Part shown: in pieces, positions 19,964-30,059 of the stretch
Layout of the letters: every line of letters begins with the position of its first letter
Numbering within the stretch: position 1 is the first letter of the stretch
From: Candidatus Nealsonbacteria bacterium DGGOD1a
Lineage (GTDB): Bacteria; Patescibacteriota; Minisyncoccia; Minisyncoccales; UBA5738
Direction of reading: 5' to 3'
DNA: 64,000 nt
NCBI GenBank assembly: GCA_022530585.1
Contig: CP092821.1
Location: forward strand, 585,525 to 649,524
Notes under the pieces: generated by a model
The model's database searches: none
Told to the model about the DNA's origin: nothing
Seen by the model: only the letters and a program-made list of their open reading frames with translations
Program-made: the position numbers and the translations under genes

Positions 19964-20098
19964 AAAATCAAAAATATATTTTCCAAATGTATTTCGTCGA
20001 GCGGAGTATGAACCCCGCACGACGACCAAAGGGGGCACCCCTTTGGAATCCTCTTGGTGTACCCCGGGGCAAAGCCCCGAGGTATTGCACTCAATAAA
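19964..20098 (+). repeat. Three-hairpin repeat family A (135 bp), copy 1
   Basis: Nearly identical to 29777-29911, 32174-32308 (inverted) and 47495-47629. Confidence 0.95.
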
Positions 20099-20121
20099 AC
20101 AAAACAATCATAATCAAAAAA

Positions 20122-20490
20122 ATGGACCAAAAAAAACTGGAAAAATTTAAAGACATTCTAACCAAAGAAAAAATCGAGATTACCGCGGAATTGAACAAGA
20201 TCGCGACACAAAGTAAAACCGACCCCAAGGAATGGATAACCAACTTCACCGGCAACGCCAATGATACCGGCCACGAATCACTGGAAATTAAAGCCGATGA
20301 AGTCGAAGAATACGGCAGCGATGTCGCCATTACCAAGCGAATGGCGCAAAAACTGGCCGATATCGACTTGGCTCTGGATAAAATTGAAAAAAAAGTTTTC
20401 GGCAAATGCGAAGATTGCGGCAAAGATATTCCCATCCAAAGACTGGAAGCTTTCCCAACCGCGCGTTTTTGCACCGAATGCGGCAAATAG
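20122..20490 (+). CDS. TraR/DksA C4-type zinc finger protein
   Basis: Coiled coil plus CEDC...RLEAFPTARFCTEC. Confidence 0.9.
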   Translation: MDQKKLEKFKDILTKEKIEITAELNKIATQSKTDPKEWITNFTGNANDTGHESLEIKADEVEEYGSDVAITKRMAQKLADIDLALDKIEKKVFGKCEDCGKDIPIQRLEAFPTARFCTECGK

Positions 20491-20496
20491 AAACCA

Positions 20497-21162
20497 ATGA
20501 ATAAAAGATCGGTAAAAATTTTAGTTCTCGCGGTTGTTGCGGCAATCATTATCGGCGCGATTTTTTGGGCTATCCGGCCAAAATCCGCTTTAGCTCCCGC
20601 GCCCGGCCCGAATCTGGCATCGTCGGAAACCGCCATATCCGCCAATGCGTCATCATCGCAAACGATCGCGAAACTGGAAACACAAACAGCGGACTGGCAG
20701 TTTTACTCCAACAGCGAACGCGGTTTTTCTTTTAAATATCCGGTGGATTTCGGCGCCAATGTCTGGAAACCTGAAATTTGGCCGCCCGCGGTAACCGTAG
20801 TTGGCGCGAATATCGATCCGATCGAAGCCGGTTGCCCGAATTTACAAAAATCATCCGATGACGCACCGGCTAAAAATTCAAGCGCGACCCCCTACGGAAT
20901 CCCTTATTCTCTCTATATCGGCAGCAATATCGGTGCCGGCCAGCTCTATTCGGAATACTGCTATGTAATCGCCGATAAACAAGGCGGCAATATTGTCATT
21001 GATTTTCTCGTTCATTCCCATACCGGTTGCGGATTCGGCGGCTGTGGCGCCTATTGCGGCACGCAATACGAAAACGAATGCACAAATCTTAACCGGTTCA
21101 AAGACATAATTTCGCCGATCAGATCGATGGTAAACACTTTCTCGTTTGTTGCCAAAAATTAA
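20497..21162 (+). CDS. Membrane-anchored exported hypothetical protein
   Basis: N-terminal TM; WQFYSNSERGFSFKYP; Cys-rich tail. Confidence 0.75.
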   Translation: MNKRSVKILVLAVVAAIIIGAIFWAIRPKSALAPAPGPNLASSETAISANASSSQTIAKLETQTADWQFYSNSERGFSFKYPVDFGANVWKPEIWPPAVTVVGANIDPIEAGCPNLQKSSDDAPAKNSSATPYGIPYSLYIGSNIGAGQLYSEYCYVIADKQGGNIVIDFLVHSHTGCGFGGCGAYCGTQYENECTNLNRFKDIISPIRSMVNTFSFVAKN

Positions 21163-21283
21163 GATATTGAAAATCACACCGATAGAAAAATATTCCCGGC
21201 GCTCTTCCGGAATATTTTTTTAATTCTTTTCGTATTCCAACGCGAAAACTCAACTTATTGCGCCGGCATTTTAATTGAAAATT

Positions 21284-22465
21284 ATGAAAATCAATTATCA
21301 AAACGCAATTATAACAATAACAATCCTTTTGGGACTGGCGCTTGCCGCCACAATCGGTTTTTATTTAGGCGACAAAAAGCCCGGAGAATTAAAAAACACT
21401 CCCGAAACCGCCGAAAAGACTCAAATTGCGGATAATGAAACCGAAATCCCGGCAATTGAACAAAAATTTGAAAGTTCTTTGAACGAAGAACAAACCATTG
21501 CCGCGGCAACTTCAACGCCGGCGGCGAACAAAGAACCAAAATCGACCGAAACTTCAATAGCGGACGATGAAATTCCCTTGGAAAACGCCGAAAGGTTTGT
21601 AATTTCGATCGGCGCCAACGATATCGGCAAAGTTACGGCCGACCTGCTCGACAAGGGATTCATTAACGAACCGGAATCATTTAAAAAATTGATCGGCTCT
21701 TCAATTCTCGCATTCGTTCCGGGCGGCTACCGGCTTTCAAAAACAATGGCGGCTTCGCTTGTCGCCAAAACTTTGCAAAGCAAACCGTATATGGTCTGGA
21801 TAATCGTTCCCGAAGGTTTGCGAAAGGAAGAAACCGCCGATCTTTTGGCAAAAGATCTGGAATGGACTATTGATCAAAAAGAAAAATGGATAAAAGAGGA
21901 TACGGCGGCCGATAACGACTATTTTGAAGGCGTGTACTTTCCCGACACTTATCTGATTCCGGTCAATGAGGCACCCGTTGATGTCGCCAAACGATTGATC
22001 GCCAAATTCAATGAAAAATTCGCGCCCTACTTGCCGGAATTCAGCTGGCAAAACATAAAATGGACCACCGGCCTTAAATTGGCCTCGATCGTTCAAAGAG
22101 AAGCTGTCAACGCCGCGGATATGCCGCTTATCGCGGGCATTTTATGGAACCGCGTTGAGCAAGGAATGTCACTCGACGCCGACGCCACGCTTCAATACGC
22201 CCGCGGCGATACCGGTAACGGCTGGTGGGCGCCCGCCGCGGCTAAAGACAAGCAAATTGATTCGCCCTATAATACCTACACCAATAAAAACCTGCCGCCG
22301 CACCCGATCTGCAATCCGGGGATTTCCGCTATCGAAGCCACCCTGAATCCGGCCCAAACGGATTGTTTGTACTATCTGCATGACGGCAATCATTCCACGC
22401 ATTGCGCCAAAACCTACGAAGATCATCTTGAGAATATCCAAAAGTATTTAAAAAATCAAAATTGA
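21284..22465 (+). CDS. mltG: Endolytic transglycosylase MltG (YceG)
   Basis: VPEGLR, EGVYFPDTY, ASIVQREA, SPYNTY and LPPHPICNPG. Confidence 0.92.
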   Translation: MKINYQNAIITITILLGLALAATIGFYLGDKKPGELKNTPETAEKTQIADNETEIPAIEQKFESSLNEEQTIAAATSTPAANKEPKSTETSIADDEIPLENAERFVISIGANDIGKVTADLLDKGFINEPESFKKLIGSSILAFVPGGYRLSKTMAASLVAKTLQSKPYMVWIIVPEGLRKEETADLLAKDLEWTIDQKEKWIKEDTAADNDYFEGVYFPDTYLIPVNEAPVDVAKRLIAKFNEKFAPYLPEFSWQNIKWTTGLKLASIVQREAVNAADMPLIAGILWNRVEQGMSLDADATLQYARGDTGNGWWAPAAAKDKQIDSPYNTYTNKNLPPHPICNPGISAIEATLNPAQTDCLYYLHDGNHSTHCAKTYEDHLENIQKYLKNQN

Positions 22466-22545
22466 GGCCGCATCGAAAGCGAATCGCCGAGATTTGATTT
22501 TGAGATTTAATTTGCGTGATTCGCTGAAAAAGTAGTATAATTATT

Positions 22546-22682
22546 TTATTGAGCGCGATGTCTCGGGGTTTTGCTCCGGGGTGCGCCAAAAGGATTCCTC
22601 GGGTAACCCGCAAGTACTCTCGTGAAGGAATCTCCCTTTGGCCGCAAGATCGGGGTTAACGCCCCGATCGCGGACTCAAGCG
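22546..22682 (-). repeat. Diverged copy of repeat family A (inverted)
   Basis: TTATTGAGCGCGATGTCTCGGGGTTTTGCTCCGGGGTGCGCCAAAAGGATTCC...CCTTTGG..CGGGGTTAACGCCCCG aligns with 32174-32308. Confidence 0.75.
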
Positions 22683-22799
22683 GACTCAAATTGAAAATAT
22701 AAAATTTATCGCGCAGATAACAATTGGATTTGCCGCGTGATAATTTTTCCCGGATATTAAAAAACCGGAAAAATATCGCTTGGTAAATTTAATAAGAAA

Positions 22800-23117
22800 A
22801 TGACAAAATCGACAAAGATAATCATCGCGGTAGTTATTACCACGATTGTCGTAATCGGCGCATTGGCGCTGACTGGACCCCGCGGCGAAAACAACCAACC
22901 AGTCGTAACGACACCGCCAACCAATGACGAGCCCGCCAATGTTCAGTCGGAAACTCCGCCGGCGGCCACAACCGGCGAAAATCAAATCCTCGAAACCGAA
23001 ACCACCATTGATGAAGACTTAGCCGATATTGACGCGCGAATGACCGGCCTGAACGAAGATAACGCCAATATCGAAACCGGGCTTAACGACGCTTCCGGAG
23101 ATACTATCGTCAAATAA
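22800..23117 (+). CDS. Small membrane-anchored acidic protein
   Basis: N-terminal TM; T/P/E-rich. Confidence 0.7.
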   Translation: MTKSTKIIIAVVITTIVVIGALALTGPRGENNQPVVTTPPTNDEPANVQSETPPAATTGENQILETETTIDEDLADIDARMTGLNEDNANIETGLNDASGDTIVK

Positions 23118-23131
23118 CCACCAATAAAACC

Positions 23132-23971
23132 ATGTCCAATAAAAAAATTATAATTGCGTTAGCCGTGCTGGCAATACTGTCGTCAACCCAAAACGCCGCC
23201 GCGATTTCAATGAACGAATTGCCGGCAACCCGGGGCAACGCGGCAACCTCGACCGATATGACCAAAAATAGAGGCGCAAACGACAACGGACGAAACGCGC
23301 TTTCAAAGATACAAGAAAGAGGCGGCGAAGAAATCGACCGGCGGGTTGAGTCGTTGAATAAATTGGAAGAACGGGTGCGATCAATGATAAAAATAAACGA
23401 CAGCCAAAAAAACGCGATTATCGCGCAATTACAAACGCAGATCGAGTCGCTGAACGCGCTTAAAGCCCGGATCGCGGCCGGGACAAGCGCGAGCACCACT
23501 TTGGAAAACGAAAAGAAGATAACCAAAGAGTTCCGCGTTTATGCCCTGACGATTCCGCGGGGGTACATCATCGCCGCGATCGACCGAATCGACAATATGG
23601 CCCAGAAATTGCAAGGTTTGAGCGATAAACTCGCGGCCAAAATTACGGAAACCAAACCCGATAACGCGGCCAAGCTGCAAGAAAGCGTTGCCGATATGAA
23701 TACCCGAATCGCCAACGCCAGAACGCAAGTGATGGCGGCGCAAGCAAAAGTTGAAAATTTAAAACCGGACAACGGCGATGAGGCAATCGCCAAATCAAAT
23801 CAGGAAGCTTTGATCGCCGCCAAAGGATTGGTAAAGACCGCCACAAATGATTTGAATTACGCGCGCAATGCCGCCAACGCCCTCGCCAAAGAACTAAGAA
23901 AACTGGGAATCAAAACAAATGTCGGCTTTGGCGCCGCCACCACAACCGCCTCGACCACGACAGAATTATAA
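23132..23971 (+). CDS. Secreted coiled-coil hypothetical protein
   Basis: Signal peptide; Ala/Lys-rich helices. Confidence 0.75.
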   Translation: MSNKKIIIALAVLAILSSTQNAAAISMNELPATRGNAATSTDMTKNRGANDNGRNALSKIQERGGEEIDRRVESLNKLEERVRSMIKINDSQKNAIIAQLQTQIESLNALKARIAAGTSASTTLENEKKITKEFRVYALTIPRGYIIAAIDRIDNMAQKLQGLSDKLAAKITETKPDNAAKLQESVADMNTRIANARTQVMAAQAKVENLKPDNGDEAIAKSNQEALIAAKGLVKTATNDLNYARNAANALAKELRKLGIKTNVGFGAATTTASTTTEL

Positions 23972-24095
23972 AAATACCCAATATCAAAAATCCCGCCACG
24001 CGGGATTTTTGATATACCCGTTGTTTGATTTGTCGTTTCGAGTTCTTGGAGTTATTATGGAACCATAACCCCGCGCTTGCGGGGAAATTATTTGC

Positions 24096-25871
24096 ATGAA
24101 CGATTATCCTGAAGTTACGACAAAAATGGTTCTCGCCGAATTCTGGAAAGGAGTCAAGCCGCACAAACGGTTGTTTTGGGGCAGTTTAATCTGCTTTTCA
24201 ATCAGTTTTGCCATAAATGTTTTTGTACCGATATTTTACAAAGATTTTTTTGACACTCTGGAATCATTTTCCGATAAAAACGAAAGCACCCCCATATTGA
24301 TACGGATCATATCAATTATCGCTCTGTTGCATTCTATTAATTGGGTTTTCGGACGAATATCGGTATTGATGGCGAATCGACTTGAAGCAAAAGTGTCTTC
24401 TCTTTTAAAACAAAATTCTTTTAATTATTTGATATTGCACTCGCGCAATTTTTTCGCGAACAATTTTTCGGGAAGTCTGGTACAGAAAATCAACCGCTTC
24501 AGCCGTTCATTTATCAGAATTGCCGATGCCGCTTTTTTTGAGTTTCTTCAATTATTGATCACGGGAATTGGAGCGATTATAATCACATCATTTATTTCGC
24601 CGATGATTTCCCTGATAATCACCGGCTGGATAATTATATTTGCAGCCTTTAATATTTTATTTCAAGTGCGCGTCAAAATTAAATACGATATCGCCGCCGC
24701 CGCCGCGGATTCTAAAACAACCGGACTTCTTGCGGACAACATTACCAATTACAGCCCGATTTCCCTGTTCAACGGTTATAAACGCGAATCGGCGCTATTA
24801 AAGGAAACCGTTAACGATCAAGCGAGAAAATTATGCTTTTCATGGGATTTATGGATTGTTATTAATGCCATCCAAATCGCGTTAACTTATACGATCGAAT
24901 TTTTCATATTCTATTACGGCATTATTTTCTGGCGGCAAGACCTGATCACGGCAGGCACATTTGTTTTGATGCAAATTTACATTATCGGAATCGCGCAGCA
25001 ATTCTGGGGATTGAATCGAACCGTGCGCGAGGTTTATGAAAGTATCGCCGATTCCAAAGAAATGGTGGAGATTATGGCTTTGCCGCACGAAATCAAGGAT
25101 GTGGCCGCGGCAAAGGAATTAAAAGATGTTGAAGGGGGTATCGAATTCAAAGAAGTTAATTTCAGCTTCAACGAAACTCGCAGTGTTTTAAAAGATATCA
25201 ATTTGGTTATCAGCGCCGGAGAAAAAGTTGCCTTGGTTGGGCCGTCGGGAACCGGCAAAACCACATTCACGGGATTGCTTTTGCGGCTTTTTGATCCAGC
25301 CGGCGGCGCGATTTTCATTGACGGACAAAATATCCATAATGTCACCTTGGAAAGCTTGCGCGCGAGTATCAGCCTGGTGCCGCAGGATCCGGTTTTATTC
25401 CACCGAACGATTATGGAAAACATCCGCTATGGAAAACCTCAAGCAACCGACAAAGAGGTGATTACCGCGGCCAAACTCGCTCATTGCGATGAATTTGTCG
25501 ATTCAATGCCATTGAAATACGAAACATTGGTGGGAGAACGAGGAGTCAAACTTTCCGGCGGCGAGCGCCAGCGCGTCGCCATTGCCCGCGCCATTCTGAA
25601 GAACGCGCCGATATTGGTGCTGGATGAAGCCACTTCCAGCCTTGATTCGCAATCCGAAATGCTGATTCAGGACGCCTTGGACAAATTGATGTCCAGATGC
25701 ACCACCATCGCCATCGCGCACCGCTTGAGCACAATCCGCAAAATGGATCGCATCATCGTAATGGACAATGGCACTATCATCGAACAAGGCACGCACCAAG
25801 GTTTGATCCGCAGAAAAGGAGGTATCTACAAAAATCTCTGGTCCCTCCAAGCCGGCGGCTTTATCGAATAA
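24096..25871 (+). CDS. ABC exporter, fused permease/ATPase (MsbA/Atm1-like)
   Basis: TM domain; GPSGTGKT, LSGGERQR and LVLDEATS. Confidence 0.95.
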   Translation: MNDYPEVTTKMVLAEFWKGVKPHKRLFWGSLICFSISFAINVFVPIFYKDFFDTLESFSDKNESTPILIRIISIIALLHSINWVFGRISVLMANRLEAKVSSLLKQNSFNYLILHSRNFFANNFSGSLVQKINRFSRSFIRIADAAFFEFLQLLITGIGAIIITSFISPMISLIITGWIIIFAAFNILFQVRVKIKYDIAAAAADSKTTGLLADNITNYSPISLFNGYKRESALLKETVNDQARKLCFSWDLWIVINAIQIALTYTIEFFIFYYGIIFWRQDLITAGTFVLMQIYIIGIAQQFWGLNRTVREVYESIADSKEMVEIMALPHEIKDVAAAKELKDVEGGIEFKEVNFSFNETRSVLKDINLVISAGEKVALVGPSGTGKTTFTGLLLRLFDPAGGAIFIDGQNIHNVTLESLRASISLVPQDPVLFHRTIMENIRYGKPQATDKEVITAAKLAHCDEFVDSMPLKYETLVGERGVKLSGGERQRVAIARAILKNAPILVLDEATSSLDSQSEMLIQDALDKLMSRCTTIAIAHRLSTIRKMDRIIVMDNGTIIEQGTHQGLIRRKGGIYKNLWSLQAGGFIE

Positions 25872-26057
25872 AACCTGAACCTTGAATCTTAACCAAGGCC
25901 TCACCCCTATAAAAACATAGTTTTTATAGGGGTGAGGCCTTTTCAAGTCCATGTTATATTTTTGCCATTTTACTTGACAAATTTACAATTCTGTGCTATC
26001 ATTGTGGTAGACTGTAGGGATATGGCATGAAATGCCGCCCCTATGGAGGTATTAAAA

Positions 26058-26375
26058 ATGAGAAAGATAGTTATAGCACTGGCAATTTTTGCCAGTATAA
26101 TGGGCGCAGTAAGCGCTCAAGATGGTTATGGGGGATATTTCACCCTGAATGGCTCACACACTGTTACATTCAACGGTGTGACAATATCAGCGCTTTCCAG
26201 TGCTGAAGGAATTCAGATCAATGTAAGCACTGACGCGACCCAGGAAAAAAATGTTTGGGTTCAAGTGGGAAATATTTCACAGAAACTCCCGCTGAACCCA
26301 GAGAACGGGTTCAAGAACTCGACCGTTCTCTATGGATATGGGAATTCAACCGCAATGGTTGAATATTCCTGGTAA
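26058..26375 (+). CDS. Small secreted protein
   Basis: GGAGG RBS; signal peptide MRKIVIALAIFASIMGAVSA. Confidence 0.7.
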   Translation: MRKIVIALAIFASIMGAVSAQDGYGGYFTLNGSHTVTFNGVTISALSSAEGIQINVSTDATQEKNVWVQVGNISQKLPLNPENGFKNSTVLYGYGNSTAMVEYSW

Positions 26376-26470
26376 TAACCTCCTTCCTCATTTTCTAAAT
26401 TTTTTGGAAACTGGATTGGAGGTTTTTTGTTACATTGATTCTTTATATTTTTCGCCTAATCAAAGGTTTT

Positions 26471-26746
26471 TTGAAAAATGCGCTGATTTTGGTGTTGGAT
26501 GAAGCCACTTCAAGCCTGGACTCGCAATCAGAAATGCTCATTCAGGACGCCCTAAACAAGTTGATATCCAGATGCACCACCATCGCCATCGCGCACCGTC
26601 TCTCCACCATCCGCAAAATGGACCGGATCATCGTAATGGACAACGGCGCCATCGCCGAACAAGGCACTCACGCCGGCCTGCTTCGCAAAAAGAAAAGTAT
26701 CTATAAAACCCTCTGGTCCCTCCAAGCCGGCGGCTTTATCGAATAA
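26471..26746 (+). pseudogene. Duplicated 3' end of the ABC transporter gene
   Basis: Colinear 276-bp paralog of 25596-25871 with mainly synonymous changes; no Walker A. Confidence 0.88.
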
Positions 26747-27126
26747 ACTATTGTCAACTTATATCTTCGTTTGAAGTCGTTTCTCAACTGATCTTCAAGG
26801 CGCAAATGTTGATAGTTATGTATTGCAACTTGCATTTCACAGGTTGCATTCCACAACTTGCATTTGATATTTCCTTATTAAAAATCCGCTTATTTATCCC
26901 ACATTTTCAGCTATCGCTAAATTTGTAGGATATTTGGTGCTTCTAAATTTTGCGGTCGCAAAAATTAGCAACATTGCTCTTTTTTTAAAATACAGATACC
27001 AAGACTTGCATAGGCCCAGTATCTGAAACTTTTCCGTAAATTGCTAAACCGCGGATTTTCCATATCTATTGAAAATTAAACAATTTCTGATAGATTTAAA
27101 TCGGTTCTTAAGAACCGGTGATTTAA

Positions 27127-27831
27127 TTGAACCAGATACGAATTTTGTCCTTAACCAGCATTTTATTGATGTTGATGCTGGGAGCAGTATTTGCGACGGA
27201 TAGTGTTAGAAATGTCGACGGGTTCGGAAACGGGAGTATTTCTCCACGTGCCATAATGGTGCATACGAACGCGAACTTGTCGGGCATGTTCGAACAAGGG
27301 CTTGCCTATAGCTACTTAGTTATGGGCAACGGTGATCGCGAAAAATGGTTACCGCCGGGAGACAATTCAAGCTTCGGTAATTATACCCATTTGCCAAAAG
27401 CTTATCACGGTGGATTCGGTGTTTTCCCGGGTAATTGCACGGCAGAAAGCATGAACGCGGCAACAATCGGAATTGGGTTGTTTTATCCGCGAGAAGAAAC
27501 CGGATCGCAGAAACAAATGGAAGCCGCCGCCGATCTGGTTGTTAGTTTAAGCCTGAAAAACCCAACTATTCAATATGTTTTCGGGCAAAATGTGACCGCG
27601 TTCTATCTGATGCAAGATGCTTTGGGCACCGGTAGCAATCCTGGTGGATTGATGTATAACCCGTGGTATTTTTCGGTTAGACGGTTTTCGTCGATCATTA
27701 ATGAAAGAGGAAAGCCGTTTGGAATTTCATTTCATGTCGTCGATTCCATCGGAAAATACTGCAATACAACCAGCGGCACCAATATAACACATCCCATCGA
27801 ATATCTTGTAAGAAATGTGAATAACCAGTAA
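27127..27831 (+). CDS. Secreted Amidase_2/PGRP-like protein, divergent
   Basis: Signal peptide; RAIMVHT, YSYLV, AYHGG, NAATIGIGL and QMEAAADLV in amidase-2 order. Confidence 0.55.
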   Translation: MNQIRILSLTSILLMLMLGAVFATDSVRNVDGFGNGSISPRAIMVHTNANLSGMFEQGLAYSYLVMGNGDREKWLPPGDNSSFGNYTHLPKAYHGGFGVFPGNCTAESMNAATIGIGLFYPREETGSQKQMEAAADLVVSLSLKNPTIQYVFGQNVTAFYLMQDALGTGSNPGGLMYNPWYFSVRRFSSIINERGKPFGISFHVVDSIGKYCNTTSGTNITHPIEYLVRNVNNQ

Positions 27832-28010
27832 CATTTTTATCAAGATTTCTTTTTTTATGGATCCGCATCAAAATATCAACATTTTTTGGTAAAATAAAGT
27901 AATAATCAAACTATCAGAATTCGCTGTTTCGCAATTCAAAGAAAATTATATTTTACAAACCAAATCGCTTAAATGGCGATTTTCTGGTAAAATAGTAGAA
28001 ATACAACAAT

Positions 28011-29729
28011 ATGGCCAAAATTATACATTTTCTAGCCGTTGCGCTGGCAATGGTGTTGCCAATTTTAACCCAAGCGCGGGAAACCGCGCAAATCACTGAT
28101 TGGTATGTCAAGGATTTTCGGTCAACGATTACCGTGCAAACCGATTCGTCGCTTTTGATCGAGGAAAAAATCATTGCCGATGCGGGAAATTTTCCGGATA
28201 AGCATGGGATTTTCCGCGTTTTGCCGTTGGAAACAAAAACCGACAAGGGGACGATCAAAACTCCGGTGTCGCTGGTGAGTATAACCGATTTTGAAGGCAA
28301 CGCGATTCCTTATTCGGCCTCGACAAATAATTTTGACCATACTGTTACCTGGAAAATCGGCGATGCCGATAAAACCGTTACCGGCGTTAATGATTACGAG
28401 ATAACTTATTTGGTAAAAAACGCGGTGCGATCGGGGAACGCGGGTTTTGACGAGCTTTATTGGAACTTGAGCGGAAATTTTTGGGATATTGAAATTGATA
28501 ATTTTACGGCCAATGTCATATTTCCCGCCGGAATCGCCCAAAACAACAGCCAAGTATACCTCTATAGCGGCGGGTTGGGCCAAAAAAACAACAACATGGC
28601 AAGCTACGAGTGGACCAACGACAATACTTTGAAAATCGCCTCGAAACAAACATTATCGCCCGGGCAGGGAATTACCGCGTCGGTAACATTTCCGAAAAAC
28701 ATTATAAAACCTTATCAACCGGGATTTTTTGAACTCTATGGCGAATATTTTTGGTTTTTAATTCCGTTGCTTGCGCTGCTTATCGGTTATTACTTTTGGA
28801 ATAAATACGGCAAAGATCCGGTGGTCGATAAAACCGTAATTCCCGAATTCGAGATTCCGGAGAATTTAACGCCGATGGAAATGGGATTGCTGGCAAGCAA
28901 CGGAAATTTTGGCGATTCGCTGATATCGGCGACAATTATCGGTCTGGCGGTCAAAAAATATATCGTGATTGAAGAAATTCCCAAACAAGGCGTATTCGGC
29001 AAGCAGGATTTTCGATTGAAAAAGGCCGGCGGCGGTCCGGAGCCGCTAATTGAGCCGGAAAAACTTCTGATTGATAAAATTTTCGGCGCGAACAATGAAG
29101 TTTTGCTTTCCAAACTCAAGAATAATTTTTACAAAGATTTGCCCGAAATCAAAAAAGCGGGCGTTGAGGCATTGAAAAATAAAGGGTTAATCTGCCAGAG
29201 CGGTTTAACCATAAAAATGATTTTTATCGCCGCGGGATCAATTTTTTTGTTTGGAATAATTTTTGCGCTCGCCATTGGCGATCTTTGGCTCATCGTTTCG
29301 CTCGCGCTTGCGGGAATTGTTTTGTTGATTTTCGGATTATTGATGCCCAAGCGCACGCCAAAGGGCGCGGAACTGAATTGGCGCGTAAAGGGTTTTAAAC
29401 TTTATATGGAAACCGCCGAGAAATACCGGGCGCAATTCAACGAAAAAGAAAACATCTTTGAAAAATTTTTGCCCTACGCGATGGTTTTTGGAATGACTAA
29501 ACTGTGGATTAAAAAAATGGAAAAAATCTACGGCAAAGAATATTTCGCCAGTTATCATCCGGTGTGGTACGCGGGCAATTTCGCCGCCGGATTTAACGCC
29601 AATGATTTCACCATGCGGATGAATTCGTTATCGGCCGGAATCGCGGCCAACATCGGCACAACTTCGGGCGCGCACGGTTCCGGCGGTGTTGGCGGGGGCG
29701 GGGGAGGCGGCGGCGGAGGCGGTTGGTAA
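28011..29729 (+). CDS. DUF2207 family membrane protein
   Basis: DELYWNLSG, FEKFLPYAMVFG and terminal GGGGGGGGGGW. Confidence 0.92.
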   Translation: MAKIIHFLAVALAMVLPILTQARETAQITDWYVKDFRSTITVQTDSSLLIEEKIIADAGNFPDKHGIFRVLPLETKTDKGTIKTPVSLVSITDFEGNAIPYSASTNNFDHTVTWKIGDADKTVTGVNDYEITYLVKNAVRSGNAGFDELYWNLSGNFWDIEIDNFTANVIFPAGIAQNNSQVYLYSGGLGQKNNNMASYEWTNDNTLKIASKQTLSPGQGITASVTFPKNIIKPYQPGFFELYGEYFWFLIPLLALLIGYYFWNKYGKDPVVDKTVIPEFEIPENLTPMEMGLLASNGNFGDSLISATIIGLAVKKYIVIEEIPKQGVFGKQDFRLKKAGGGPEPLIEPEKLLIDKIFGANNEVLLSKLKNNFYKDLPEIKKAGVEALKNKGLICQSGLTIKMIFIAAGSIFLFGIIFALAIGDLWLIVSLALAGIVLLIFGLLMPKRTPKGAELNWRVKGFKLYMETAEKYRAQFNEKENIFEKFLPYAMVFGMTKLWIKKMEKIYGKEYFASYHPVWYAGNFAAGFNANDFTMRMNSLSAGIAANIGTTSGAHGSGGVGGGGGGGGGGGW

Positions 29730-29776
29730 CCGAAAACAACAAACAACGATAGATGACAGGATAACAATCATAATGT

Positions 29777-29911
29777 AAAATCAAAAATATATTTTCCAAA
29801 TGTATTTCGTCGAGCGGGGTATGAACCCCGCACGACGACCAAAGGGGGCACCCCTTTGGAATCCTCTTGGTGCACCCCGGGGCAAAGCCCTGAGGTATTG
29901 CACTCAATAAA
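29777..29911 (+). repeat. Repeat family A, copy 2
   Basis: Nearly identical to 19964-20098. Confidence 0.95.
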
Positions 29912-29918
29912 GAAAATA

Positions 29919-30046
29919 ATTTAAATTACGAAACCATTAAATTCAAATGCCTTGAAGGGGTCTAACCCTTGCGATTATCCCTCGCAAAAGCCTCGGGACA
30001 GGCGCGAGGGATAGACCCCAAATACAAAGCGTTTCGTAATTCAAAA
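29919..30046. mobile_element. MITE with ends like the IS982 at 55818, carrying nested REP-like hairpins
   Basis: AATTACGAAAC...GTTTCGTAATTCAAA ends; internal GGGGTCTAACCC / GGGATAGACCCC. Confidence 0.7.
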
Positions 30047-30059
30047 TAATTAAAAAAAT

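Noticed and set aside
25596..26746. Possible DGR template/variable repeat pair
   Set aside because: Differences are mostly synonymous and not adenine-specific, and no reverse transcriptase is present in the window.
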